A DNA stretch of 54,950 nt from a virus, in the IMG/VR virus record IMGVR_UViG_3300017971_000060, one strand, 5' to 3'. Under the pieces are notes generated by a model. That model searched no databases. It was not told the DNA's origin and was given only the letters and a program-made list of their open reading frames with translations. Positions within the stretch are counted from its first letter, which is position 1. Every line of letters starts with the position of its first letter. The translations under genes were made by a program, and so were the position numbers. This document shows, in pieces, positions 41,935-50,570 of the stretch.

Positions 41935-41971
41935 GAAAAAGCCCCTACACTTGTAGGTGCAGGGGCTTTTC
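41935..41971. terminator. Rho-independent terminator after the SSB gene (A-tract / stem / T-tract, usable in both directions)
   Basis: aaaaagcccct...aggggctttt. Confidence 0.6.
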
Positions 41972-41996
41972 GGTTGCGGTTAGACTAGCCTGTCAG

Positions 41997-42710
41997 TCAG
42001 AGATCGAAATCCAGATCATCGTCGTCATCGTCGGCGGGCTTGCGGCGGCGACGGCGTGACCGGGGCGGCTCGTCATCGTCGTCAAGACCTAACGGGTCAT
42101 CGTCACCCATGTCAAGGTCATCGTCCATGCCTACGTCTGCGTCCTCATCAATCAGGTCAGCCAGTTCGTCTTCAGCGTCCACCATGCCGTCCAACCGTTC
42201 GTCATCCTTACACTTGATAACGTTGTTGAGGAAGAAGGCGACACCCTTTGAACCGCTGTTGTCGAATCCAGCAGCAGAGACAGAGCAGTGAACCCAAACA
42301 CCAGAATAGAAATGGTCGTTGATATCGTCCGGGTCAGTCAACTTGGTGCCGTTCTTCAGCAGTACACCGGGCCGGAACTTTGCCAGCGTGTTGGTGTTGA
42401 AAAACAGCATTCCATCGTATTCCTTGCCGTCACGGTCTTCCGCTTCCGGGTCACGGATAGGAAGCTTGAACTGTGGAGACTTCAACAACTTGCGGGCCTT
42501 TTCGCGGGTGAACTTTTTCGCTGCACCGGCAATAATAGCCTTTTTCAGTACTTCCAGTGTCTTCCTGTCTTTCTTGGGTAACAGGATTTGGGCGCGGTAG
42601 TATTTTTCGTCCTTTTCCTCATCATACACTGGTTCTGCGAGATGAAGGTAGGACAGTCGAACAGGGCCGATTACAACCCGTGTAGGACTCGGTTTGTTTT
42701 CTGTTGCCAT
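41997..42710 (-). CDS. DUF2815-type ssDNA-binding protein with acidic C-terminal tip, 237 aa
   Basis: N-terminal VRLSYLHLAEP...ILLPKKD. C-terminal DDDDDDLDFDL resembles the SSB acidic tail. Confidence 0.7.
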   Translation of the reverse strand: MATENKPSPTRVVIGPVRLSYLHLAEPVYDEEKDEKYYRAQILLPKKDRKTLEVLKKAIIAGAAKKFTREKARKLLKSPQFKLPIRDPEAEDRDGKEYDGMLFFNTNTLAKFRPGVLLKNGTKLTDPDDINDHFYSGVWVHCSVSAAGFDNSGSKGVAFFLNNVIKCKDDERLDGMVDAEDELADLIDEDADVGMDDDLDMGDDDPLGLDDDDEPPRSRRRRRKPADDDDDDLDFDL

Positions 42711-42762
42711 TGTTTATATCACTCCTGTGTTGCGTTAACGTTAACTGCCAGTTGGCAGGGTT

Positions 42763-42791
42763 AGGATACCAGATTGCCGGGGCAATGTCAA
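42763..42791 (-). promoter_or_regulatory. Weak promoter candidate TTGACA(42791-42786)-17 nt-TATCCT(42768-42763)
   Basis: Consensus -35 but a poor -10. Confidence 0.3.
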
Positions 42792-42792
42792 C

Positions 42793-43041
42793 CTACTGCT
42801 GAGTAGGCGGCTGGACACCGGGGTGCCCTTGCTCTTCGATTATATCAGCCAGTTCGCGCAAAGCGACTGATAAAGTGTGGGGTTCAGCGTTCGTTACATA
42901 GGAAATTTTCGGTTTTTCCTCCATGGAGAACGCCACAATAGTAAACGCCATGGGTACGTCCTGATCCTTTTCCAGTTGCGCGTCAAGCCCTTCAGCGTGA
43001 CGTTGCAACAGACTATACAGTAAGGTTTCTTTCGGGTTCAT
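42793..43041 (-). CDS. Hypothetical protein, 82 aa
   Basis: GGAG lies 8 nt upstream of ATG 43041, just after the nuclease stop. Confidence 0.5.
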   Translation of the reverse strand: MNPKETLLYSLLQRHAEGLDAQLEKDQDVPMAFTIVAFSMEEKPKISYVTNAEPHTLSVALRELADIIEEQGHPGVQPPTQQ

Positions 43042-43043
43042 AG

Positions 43044-44357
43044 TTACCACTCCAGTAAGTCATCGTCATCATCGTTGTCAATAAGGTGCGCGAATTCTGC
43101 TTCAATAGCAGGTCGCACAGGTGCGCCGGGGGCACTAAGCTTGACAAAGTTAGTACCGTTTTCCGGGGTTTCCACATTGTTGTTGAGGAAAGTTTGAATA
43201 GCGTCTACTGATATAGCCTTACCTCTCAGAATAGTCTCTACCTGAGAAGGGGTTTTCAGTGCTGGTGCAGTGTTGTAGTCAGCCGGGTGTAGGCCAAGTT
43301 TGTTGAGTGCCTTTTTTACGTCCTGTTCTGCTTGGCAGTAGCGCCGGTTGGCCCGTTTCCTCACCAGCTTGTAACCGGGCAGTATGTCACCCTGTTCAGC
43401 CTTAGCGTGTTCCTTGGCCTTGACCGCATGAATCAGGTCAATGATCTGGTCACCGTGGTCAATCAGTAGTTTGGATTGTGCCCGTGTCAGTACCTCGGTG
43501 TCCGGCAACCGTATAGGTACCTCTTCCTCTAGATTGTCCGGCTCTATCACACCGTCAAACTCTATCATAGCAGCGTCGAGTACATAGTCATACGCTTCTT
43601 TGCAGTGAGACTTGCCGGGGCAATACTGGCACTGGTGTTCACCGGGAATACGGGGCGCGGTTGGGTCTTGACTAGCCAAAATCTTTGGTATTAGAGTTTC
43701 CTTGCCCCACTCAACCAGTTCTTTGGCTGTGTAGGTTTCGCTCCTGATTGGCCCGTCAATATGGTCAACAGCAGACTGCCCTATGGTTATCTTAACCTTG
43801 CGAATTTTGTGCTTCCTGTGATAGGCCAGCAGTGCGCAAAGGGCATAAGTCATAAGCTGGGGGTTGTCAGACACTTCTACTACAGTGCCTTTGCCAGTCT
43901 TCAGGTCAACGATTTCCAGCAGCCCGTTGCGTTCTACTATAGAGATAAAGTCCATGGTACCACCAACTTCATCACCGTCTATACCGTGTTGTTCAAGGGG
44001 TTTCCACCCCTCCAGAGATAGGTTTTTCTCCGGGTGCCAGACATCAGACTTAGGTATCAGCCGCTGGCAATATTGAACATAATCTACAATAGCAGCAAGA
44101 AGTTGTTCGTCAAACAACACCCCCTCTACTTCTACTTGAATGTAGTCAGCCGGGTGGCTGGTCAGTTCACCAGTTTTGTGATTGGCTGTCCTGAGACACA
44201 TCTCAGAGACGGTATGACCACATGTACCACGTCTGGCCCAAACACTGTCACCGCTTTCCCGTTCGGGTGGTGGCAGTGACTCAATCAAGTTCAGGGAACC
44301 CGGACACTCGAAAAGCCGGTACATACTACTTGGGGCAAAGCGTCTGTGTTCACTCAT
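43044..44357 (-). CDS. PD-(D/E)XK exonuclease, Cas4/RecB-like with Fe-S cysteines (DUF2800-like), 437 aa
   Basis: N-terminal FECPGS, core EIVDLKTGKG, C-terminal CQYCPGKSHC. Confidence 0.75.
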   Translation of the reverse strand: MSEHRRFAPSSMYRLFECPGSLNLIESLPPPERESGDSVWARRGTCGHTVSEMCLRTANHKTGELTSHPADYIQVEVEGVLFDEQLLAAIVDYVQYCQRLIPKSDVWHPEKNLSLEGWKPLEQHGIDGDEVGGTMDFISIVERNGLLEIVDLKTGKGTVVEVSDNPQLMTYALCALLAYHRKHKIRKVKITIGQSAVDHIDGPIRSETYTAKELVEWGKETLIPKILASQDPTAPRIPGEHQCQYCPGKSHCKEAYDYVLDAAMIEFDGVIEPDNLEEEVPIRLPDTEVLTRAQSKLLIDHGDQIIDLIHAVKAKEHAKAEQGDILPGYKLVRKRANRRYCQAEQDVKKALNKLGLHPADYNTAPALKTPSQVETILRGKAISVDAIQTFLNNNVETPENGTNFVKLSAPGAPVRPAIEAEFAHLIDNDDDDDLLEW

Positions 44358-44553
44358 GATCTTTTCTCAACTGGCGGCGCGACACCCAAACATTATCACA
44401 CCCAACGGGGTATTGTGGGTGGTTGGATGTTGTTAATTGTACCTGCACCCCATCGTTTGAGTCAGATACGTTGACGATAATTCCCTTCACTGGGATAGCA
44501 AAACGGTATCTATCATATACTACCACACGTTGTTTGATTTTAGGGTTTTTCAT
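44350..44553 (-). CDS. Hypothetical protein, 67 aa
   Basis: AGGAG RBS. ATGA overlap. Confidence 0.5.
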   Translation of the reverse strand: MKNPKIKQRVVVYDRYRFAIPVKGIIVNVSDSNDGVQVQLTTSNHPQYPVGCDNVWVSRRQLRKDHE

Positions 44554-44741
44554 ATCTCTAACTCCTGCCGGGTGTTCCAGTTGGTGAGCGCTTGCCGTAT
44601 GTTGTTAGACGGTTTGCCTTCGTATCCGCACCCCAACGGTTCCATACAACGTACCACATAGCCGTCAATGATATCCACGTCTATCTGTAGGTTGCTGGTA
44701 TCCTTACATTCGGGACACTTTCTAGTCTTTTGGTGTTTCAT
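44550..44741 (-). CDS. Lar-like restriction-alleviation zinc-ribbon protein, 63 aa
   Basis: CPECKD...VVRCMEPLGCGYEGKP....AL.NWNTR matches the Lar-family layout. ATG 44741 follows ctggagaacc. Confidence 0.5.
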   Translation of the reverse strand: MKHQKTRKCPECKDTSNLQIDVDIIDGYVVRCMEPLGCGYEGKPSNNIRQALTNWNTRQELEI

Positions 44742-44766
44742 GGTTCTCCAGTTCAGTTGTAGTGAA

Positions 44767-45147
44767 TCAGTGATTATAACCGGGGCGGTTGGCCTTTTCC
44801 TCTTCGTACTTGGTTCGTTCTTCAGCCTTGTCGCGGGCATGGAGCAGACGGTTGACAATGGTGAACATGTTTACGGAATGCGTCACCATCGCACCGGCCA
44901 CTTCATCATACAGTTCAAAGTCGCAGAACTGTCCAACACAACGAACACGGGCAGAGTCACCTACAAGTATAGAGTGGTAGTTGTAAGCATCCCCTTCCCT
45001 GTCGTGCACAACCTGACAGGGAAAGCCGTATTTCACCAGCACCTTGTGTATCAGGTTCGCCATGAAAATACTCTGAGACTGCCATTGTAGTGCGTTACAC
45101 TCGTCACGGTTCAAAATCTTGACTTCGGGTTTGGTGTCATTCACCAT
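44767..45147 (-). CDS. Hypothetical protein, 126 aa
   Basis: caGGAGAACAACGATG places the start at 45147. Confidence 0.55.
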   Translation of the reverse strand: MVNDTKPEVKILNRDECNALQWQSQSIFMANLIHKVLVKYGFPCQVVHDREGDAYNYHSILVGDSARVRCVGQFCDFELYDEVAGAMVTHSVNMFTIVNRLLHARDKAEERTKYEEEKANRPGYNH

Positions 45148-45586
45148 CGTTGTTCTCCTGATCGAATACTTCATAGGGTGCTTCATCGAAGCGGGTTGAC
45201 CCTATCATAGTAGCAACAGCGAACATAGCGGCAACATGGGCAGGTGCCTTCTGTACTACAATAGTAGAACTTTGGACGTTCGCTATGCAGTCATCAGGTA
45301 TGTTGTCCACGTTTTCAGCCAGCCGGTAGGCCAGATTGTCTATCAGGTTAGGGTTGAAAAACAGGTTCTTGAGATTGGGTGGCGCTATAGTGATATCGGC
45401 GCGGCCAGTCGTGTAGTCGTGGGTGAACCGGAACAGGACACCCCGGAAAGTGAATTCTCCAAATTCACCATTAGGAGTGACCTTTGCCTCTACCAGAGCA
45501 GGTAAACCGGCCTTTGTGAGAATGTGGTTGACCCCTGCACAGTAGCGCAAGAGCCGGTTAAAGGAATGTGTCTCCACCCCCTTCAT
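45137..45586 (-). CDS. Hypothetical protein, 149 aa
   Basis: ATG 45586 forms an ATGA overlap with the upstream stop. Confidence 0.55.
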   Translation of the reverse strand: MKGVETHSFNRLLRYCAGVNHILTKAGLPALVEAKVTPNGEFGEFTFRGVLFRFTHDYTTGRADITIAPPNLKNLFFNPNLIDNLAYRLAENVDNIPDDCIANVQSSTIVVQKAPAHVAAMFAVATMIGSTRFDEAPYEVFDQENNDGE

Positions 45587-45897
45587 GACTTTTCCGTCCA
45601 AATTCTATGCTCAGGGACTACAGTCATAGAGAAATGGGCAACCGTGTCTTTCTTGAACAAGTCACCCCGGACTTCATCACCGGGTTTGGCCCCTTCAGGA
45701 ATAGGCTTGACTTCGTGCGGTTGAAGACGGTACTGGTCAAGGGAAGGATGACGGCCACTGGCGGGGTTGTGACAATCAACGTGGTGGGTACCGTGTTCGG
45801 TTACTGAAACGATAGTGCCAACGTGCCAAAGGTGTTGTAGAGGGAAAGTGGCTGCTACGCACAAATCCCCCGGCTTGAATTCATGTTTGTCTGTCAT
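45583..45897 (-). CDS. Hypothetical protein, 104 aa
   Basis: RBS caGGAGACTATAATG is identical to that of the deaminase gene. Confidence 0.6.
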   Translation of the reverse strand: MTDKHEFKPGDLCVAATFPLQHLWHVGTIVSVTEHGTHHVDCHNPASGRHPSLDQYRLQPHEVKPIPEGAKPGDEVRGDLFKKDTVAHFSMTVVPEHRIWTEKS

Positions 45898-45907
45898 TAT
45901 AGTCTCC

Positions 45908-45941
45908 TGAAAACACTACCCCGGCATTACACCGGGGTAGT
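45908..45941 (-). terminator. Terminator-like hairpin after the acidic protein gene
   Basis: actaccccgg-N7-ccggggtagt followed by GTTTTC on the minus strand. Confidence 0.5.
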
Positions 45942-45965
45942 TTACTACAGTACCTGGATTGTGGC

Positions 45966-46520
45966 TTACTTGGTGACAGCCTTGTAGATTTTGGCCCGCT
46001 GCTCAGCAGTCGCACGCTTGAGACCGCGAACGCTGTTCAAGCCGTTGGCCTTCAGAATGTTGGTTGCTTTGTCGCGGCCATTGGCCTTTGCGTACTTCTG
46101 GACAGCTACCTTGACTTCCTCGGCGTCAACATCGGTGTCAAGGTCATCGTCATCGTCCATGCCAAGGTCATCGTCATCACCAAGGTCATCATCATCGTCA
46201 CCGCCAAGGTCATCGTCTTCTTCCAGCAGGTTCTTGGCAGCAGCGTAGATACCCGGCCACTCGTCTTCTTCCAGAGTTGCCAGATTCTTGGCCCCATGGG
46301 TCTTCAGCAGGTCTTTCAGGGTTTCGGTACCCATCTCTTCACGCAGTTCAGTCAGAACGTCTTTCAGTTCTTTCTTGGACGGTGTGTGCAGTTTCGTTGC
46401 CTTTGCCGTGGTGCCAGAAGGTACGCCACCTTCCAGAATAGTCTGTGCTGCTTCCAGTTCTTCAGCAGTGTCGAAAGTCAGCGCAAACAGCGCGGTTGCT
46501 ACAATAGTGTTCTTGCTCAT
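45966..46520 (-). CDS. Highly acidic protein with poly-Asp linker between two HeH/SAP-like repeats, 184 aa
   Basis: AGGAGAATTTTACCGATG start at 46520. Central EEDDDLGGDDDDDLGDDDDLGMDDDDDLDTDVD. Confidence 0.65.
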   Translation of the reverse strand: MSKNTIVATALFALTFDTAEELEAAQTILEGGVPSGTTAKATKLHTPSKKELKDVLTELREEMGTETLKDLLKTHGAKNLATLEEDEWPGIYAAAKNLLEEDDDLGGDDDDDLGDDDDLGMDDDDDLDTDVDAEEVKVAVQKYAKANGRDKATNILKANGLNSVRGLKRATAEQRAKIYKAVTK

Positions 46521-46573
46521 CGGTAAAATTCTCCTGTTAAGTTTCAAGTTCTGGCTTGTTGCCAGCCGTCAAG

Positions 46574-46601
46574 ATTATAACGCCCCTTTTTTGTTTGTCA
46601 A
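46574..46601 (-). promoter_or_regulatory. Perfect consensus promoter TTGACA(46601-46596)-16 nt-TATAAT(46579-46574)
   Basis: Read directly. The -35 overlaps the stop of 46598..46831. Confidence 0.65.
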
Positions 46602-46831
46602 CCCCCTTCAAGTTGCTGAAGAACAACGGGAATGTCATGTCCATGCTCTTCATAAGTCGCTATAAGATAGTTTGCAGCGGTCTGAAGGTGCGTCAGGGAC
46701 ATGTCTAACTCGTCTTCCGCATCACCGAAACTGTCGGGTGGGTCTCCTTCATAGAAGCTGTCAAGAGCCAGTAAACCGTATTTCAGGGCAGCGGCGTATT
46801 CGTGGACTCGGTGAACTTTATTCACAGGCAT
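46598..46831 (-). CDS. First leftward gene, hypothetical, 77 aa
   Basis: TIR ctggagaataccATG. Confidence 0.6.
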   Translation of the reverse strand: MPVNKVHRVHEYAAALKYGLLALDSFYEGDPPDSFGDAEDELDMSLTHLQTAANYLIATYEEHGHDIPVVLQQLEGG

Positions 46832-46946
46832 GGTATTCTCCAGTGCTGGTTAAAGGGTGTCACTAACCGGGAATTCTATTTGCGTCTGTACGCGAAGCCC
46901 CACGGTAGTACGTTCAATGGCTCAAACCCGGCCAGTGACAGGCAAG

Positions 46947-46975
46947 GTTATACGTGAAAATGGAGTTGGTGTCTA
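46947..46975 (-). promoter_or_regulatory. Candidate leftward early promoter TAGACA(46975-46970)-17 nt-TATAAC(46952-46947)
   Basis: 5/6 + 5/6 matches. Overlapped by palindrome ctact-N5-agtag (46973-46987). Confidence 0.4.
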
Positions 46976-47032
46976 CTGGGATAGTAGAACCGGATTGCAG
47001 GCAAAGGTGAGTTTAAGCAGGCATTGTCGAAG

Positions 47033-47090
47033 TTGACAAGGGTGCTAGGTTGTGCTAGGATAAAAACCTGACCCCTCGGAAGGGGTCAGG
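47033..47090 (+). promoter_or_regulatory. Candidate rightward early promoter TTGACA(47033-47038)-17 nt-TAGGAT(47056-47061) followed by a 10-bp-stem hairpin (47067-47090)
   Basis: Read directly. The hairpin has an A5 tract 5' of it, so it also reads as a terminator on the minus strand. Confidence 0.45.
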
Positions 47091-47333
47091 GTACAACGGG
47101 CAACAAATCATCAGGAGATTTGGAGAACACGGTTGCAGGGCACACTCGGCGGCACTGGAGAACCATCGGCAGGTCGCGATAATCCTAGAGGGAACCACCC
47201 TCCGAATCCACCGGAATGGCCCCTTAACCGTGAAAGGAAAGGTTAGCAGAAAACAAAGGGCTTGTCAAGCGCTTTACGGCGGTTGGCTTTTTGATAACAA
47301 ACATCAGGTTACAAAGGCACTGGAAAACACACT

Positions 47334-50036
47334 ATGGAAGAGCACAGAGATTTCGTCACAGTAATAAAAGGTTTGGATGGGGGCGCGTCACCCTTCGCCA
47401 AGAAATTCAGGGATGGAGAGAAGTTGCCACCCAAATACCCTACATGGCATGTTGGACAGGAAGTAGGGGTAGACAATTTGGAAGATTTGTACGGACTGAT
47501 TGAGCGCTTGAGGAATAGGCGCAACTGTTGCATTATCAGGAACCGGCTGGATATCCAAAAACAGGATAGTGACCTAGCGCGGCGGCAGCGTAGCGGCGGC
47601 TGGAAGTTCAGGCGTAAACGGGGCAACTTCAAGGATGACGGCCACCATTGGGTGATGTTCGATTTCGACAGTGCTGAAATACTAGAGCCGGACAGTTGGA
47701 AGAAGACACCACAGGCTACAGCGGTAGAGGTTATTCAGGAATACCTACCAGAAGAGTTTCAGCGGGCTGGCTTCATTTGGGCCTACACTGGTAGTCACGG
47801 ACTCGGTAAGCCGGGGGTGTGTCTACACTTGGTGTTCTGGATGGAGACAAAGGCCAGTAACTTTGATTGGGGGAACTGGATTGACCAGCAGGATGATCTA
47901 GATTTAGATGTCTTCGACAAGGCGCTATTCAGGCCAGCACAGGTACATATCGTTGCTGACCCGGAACTGGTCAGGACACCAGACCCCTTTCGGGACACTG
48001 TTAGAGTAGGTTGGTGTGACGGGCCGGAAGTGCCGTTTAATCTGGACTATTCGCGAATAGAGCCACCGAAACCGACACGCCAGTTGACGGTTTCAGATGA
48101 CCACATGTTTTCGGTTCTCGAACAGTATCAACCCCTTCCTTTGCAAGCCACCTTCAACGAATTTGTGCCCCTTCACGATATCCTAGACTATTTTGGATAT
48201 GAGCAGAAAGAGCCGCGCAAGTATTTGGCACCAGCGTCTACTACAGACAGTCCGGGTGTCTGGATTGAAGAAGACAAGATATTCTCACACCACGACAATG
48301 ACCCACTGAGTACAGGCCGGTACCTGACAGGCTACCAAGCGTTTTGCTTACTCTATACTCATAGGTTGGAAGTCATGCGCGGCGGTAACAGCCTGTTTGG
48401 TGACACTGAAGCGCTGGACTCTATGCTGGATGACGTTGAGGAAGTTGACCCGGAAGCAGCACTACAGGAAGCGGATCAGCAGCAACTTGAGGATTTGGAA
48501 AAGAACCCGGATGACCTTGCGAAACAGGCCGCTTGCAAGTTGCTTCTACACTACGCTTTACACTACATCAACCAGTACTATTTCACCATTGACGTTGAGG
48601 GTAGTCTACTGGTGTACAGCATGGTGAAGTTGGAAGACGGGAACAGTAAGCAACTGGTAGGTTATACCCGTGACAAGATGAAGGCAGAGTTTTCCAAGTG
48701 GGCCTTCAAGCGGGGTGAATTCCAGATGTCACAAGCCGGGTGGGTGTACTCGGAACGGAATATAGACCTACTGGAAGAGTGGTTAGCTTGGGATTACAGG
48801 CGCAAACACCGGGGAATAGGTCTGTACTTCAACGAGCCACCGCCAAAGATGCTTGACTTGTGGGAAGGTTTTGCAGTGCCACCTAAAGAGGGTGAGTGGA
48901 ACTTACTCTATAGGCATATCCACGAAGTTATTTGTGGGGGTGATGGAACTAAATTTGATTACCTCATGGATATGCTGGCCGCTTGGGTGCAACGTCCTGA
49001 AGAGCGTTTTGGTGTTGCCCCTGTCCTGATAGGTTCACAGGGCACCGGCAAGAACATGTTTGCTAATGCCGTGGCGCGGCTGTTCAAGAAGAACAACAGA
49101 ATGATAGCGTTCGACCGGGAAAGCCTATTCCTACAGTTCAATGCGCATTTGGCTAACATTGTGCTATTTGTCGCGGATGAATTTTCACTACGGGCGGGCA
49201 AGAGTGCGGATGACGCCAACAAGCTGAAGGGCTTCATCACTGGCGATACCATGCGACTAGAGATAAAGGGCGGGGCGTTGATGCCCAATGTCGCGAATAG
49301 GATGCACTTCATTATCATCACGAACGACAGAAAGCCTATGCCTCTAGACAAAGAGGAAAGACGGTATTTCATTCTGAACGTCAGCACTTGCCGGGTAGGT
49401 GACAGGGAGTATTTCGAGCGTCTCAAGGAACACATAGACAGTGACGAAGTCATAGCAGCCTTTTTACATAGTCTCATGGAACGGCGCGTAAACTTCTCGG
49501 CACAGTATCAGGCCATGAAGACCGAAACTTTCTATGACGTGGTTGAGTATTCTGATGACCCCTTCACGGAATGGCTGGTCAGTATGGTGGAAGAGGAAAC
49601 ACCGTTGCCGGGGCTGGAAGTGGCACACGCCCATGACCAAGGATTTGACTATGAAGAGTTGCCCGATTTTGGGGAATGGGTGCCAACAGGTCTACTTTAC
49701 CTTTCGTATACGAAATTCTGTGATGACCTCAAGCGCTTCAAGTTCTCGAAACGGGATATAGGGAAGCGTCTGAAGAACTTGGGCTTTGAACAGAGCCGGT
49801 CACGCCAGCACAGCAACGTCATGTACCGGGGTGCCAAGAAACACCACTATGGATACTTGATGCCTGACTTGCGCGGGCTAAAGAAGATGTTTGCCAAGGT
49901 AGTGGATAAGGAAATTGACGGGCGGGAGAGCCTTGAGGAATTTATAAGGGAACTGAATGAGAGGGCAAGAAACAAGGAACTTGACGGTTTTGGGCCTTTA
50001 AAGGTAGTTTATGACGCTGACGAGCAGGTGGGGTGA
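47334..50036 (+). CDS. Primase-helicase: AEP-type primase/polymerase N-terminus fused to D5/P4-like SF3 helicase, 900 aa
   Basis: HWVMFDFD (DxD) and YTGSHGLGKPGVCLH (sG.G.H) in the N-terminal part. Walker A GSQGTGKN and Walker B VLFVADEF in the C-terminal part. Confidence 0.85.
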   Translation: MEEHRDFVTVIKGLDGGASPFAKKFRDGEKLPPKYPTWHVGQEVGVDNLEDLYGLIERLRNRRNCCIIRNRLDIQKQDSDLARRQRSGGWKFRRKRGNFKDDGHHWVMFDFDSAEILEPDSWKKTPQATAVEVIQEYLPEEFQRAGFIWAYTGSHGLGKPGVCLHLVFWMETKASNFDWGNWIDQQDDLDLDVFDKALFRPAQVHIVADPELVRTPDPFRDTVRVGWCDGPEVPFNLDYSRIEPPKPTRQLTVSDDHMFSVLEQYQPLPLQATFNEFVPLHDILDYFGYEQKEPRKYLAPASTTDSPGVWIEEDKIFSHHDNDPLSTGRYLTGYQAFCLLYTHRLEVMRGGNSLFGDTEALDSMLDDVEEVDPEAALQEADQQQLEDLEKNPDDLAKQAACKLLLHYALHYINQYYFTIDVEGSLLVYSMVKLEDGNSKQLVGYTRDKMKAEFSKWAFKRGEFQMSQAGWVYSERNIDLLEEWLAWDYRRKHRGIGLYFNEPPPKMLDLWEGFAVPPKEGEWNLLYRHIHEVICGGDGTKFDYLMDMLAAWVQRPEERFGVAPVLIGSQGTGKNMFANAVARLFKKNNRMIAFDRESLFLQFNAHLANIVLFVADEFSLRAGKSADDANKLKGFITGDTMRLEIKGGALMPNVANRMHFIIITNDRKPMPLDKEERRYFILNVSTCRVGDREYFERLKEHIDSDEVIAAFLHSLMERRVNFSAQYQAMKTETFYDVVEYSDDPFTEWLVSMVEEETPLPGLEVAHAHDQGFDYEELPDFGEWVPTGLLYLSYTKFCDDLKRFKFSKRDIGKRLKNLGFEQSRSRQHSNVMYRGAKKHHYGYLMPDLRGLKKMFAKVVDKEIDGRESLEEFIRELNERARNKELDGFGPLKVVYDADEQVG

Positions 50037-50269
50037 TGGCTAAGAACAACATCAAAATATTCCCTAACCCACGGGTTAGTGTTGATGGGATTTTAGAGGC
50101 AGCACGAAATTGGGATATGCAAGAAGTATTGATTATCGGGTGGAACAAAAATGGTGAGTTTACCATAGGGGGAAGTAACGGAGAATTGAAGAGTATTTCA
50201 TGGTTGTTAAAGAATGGGGAAAGTTGGCTTTCAGATGAAATAATAGCCGCTATGGAGGGAGAGGGGTGA
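50033..50269 (+). CDS. Hypothetical protein, 78 aa
   Basis: TGATG overlap with the primase-helicase stop. Confidence 0.5.
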   Translation: MMAKNNIKIFPNPRVSVDGILEAARNWDMQEVLIIGWNKNGEFTIGGSNGELKSISWLLKNGESWLSDEIIAAMEGEG

Positions 50270-50435
50270 TTTTGAAAAACCCCGAAAAAAGCAGGGTAAT
50301 GTTTCATTTTGCAACGGGATTTTCGATGTATCGACTGAGCGCACAGAAAGAAGAAGTCTTGACCCGGAACGGGTTATGTCAGGAAAATCTACATGGAACA
50401 GGGCAAGAGGGGGTAACTCTCTGAAACACATACCC

Positions 50436-50566
50436 TTTGTTAATTTAAGTTCTACTTAGTTCTAGGTTCTAGGTTAAGGTTTCAGAGTATAGAAAGGTAT
50501 GATATAAAATGTGATATAAATATCAGAGGAATATAGTGCTACGTGGCTGGCACGGCACGTAGCACG
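50436..50566. other. AT-rich region with short direct repeats and a 10-bp-arm palindrome (origin / operator candidate)
   Basis: GTTCTA x3 (50449, 50459, 50466), TGATATAAA x2 (50500, 50512), and gtgctacgtg-N10-cacgtagcac (50536-50565). Confidence 0.4.
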
Positions 50567-50570
50567 CGAG

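Noticed and set aside
47240-47268. Minus-strand promoter TTGACA-17 nt-TAACCT producing an anti-RBS small RNA that ends at the 47067-47090 hairpin
   Set aside because: It is not annotated as a feature. The -10 is weak, and the hairpin is equally well explained as the 5' stem-loop of the rightward transcript. It is reported only as a testable hypothesis in the control-region finding.
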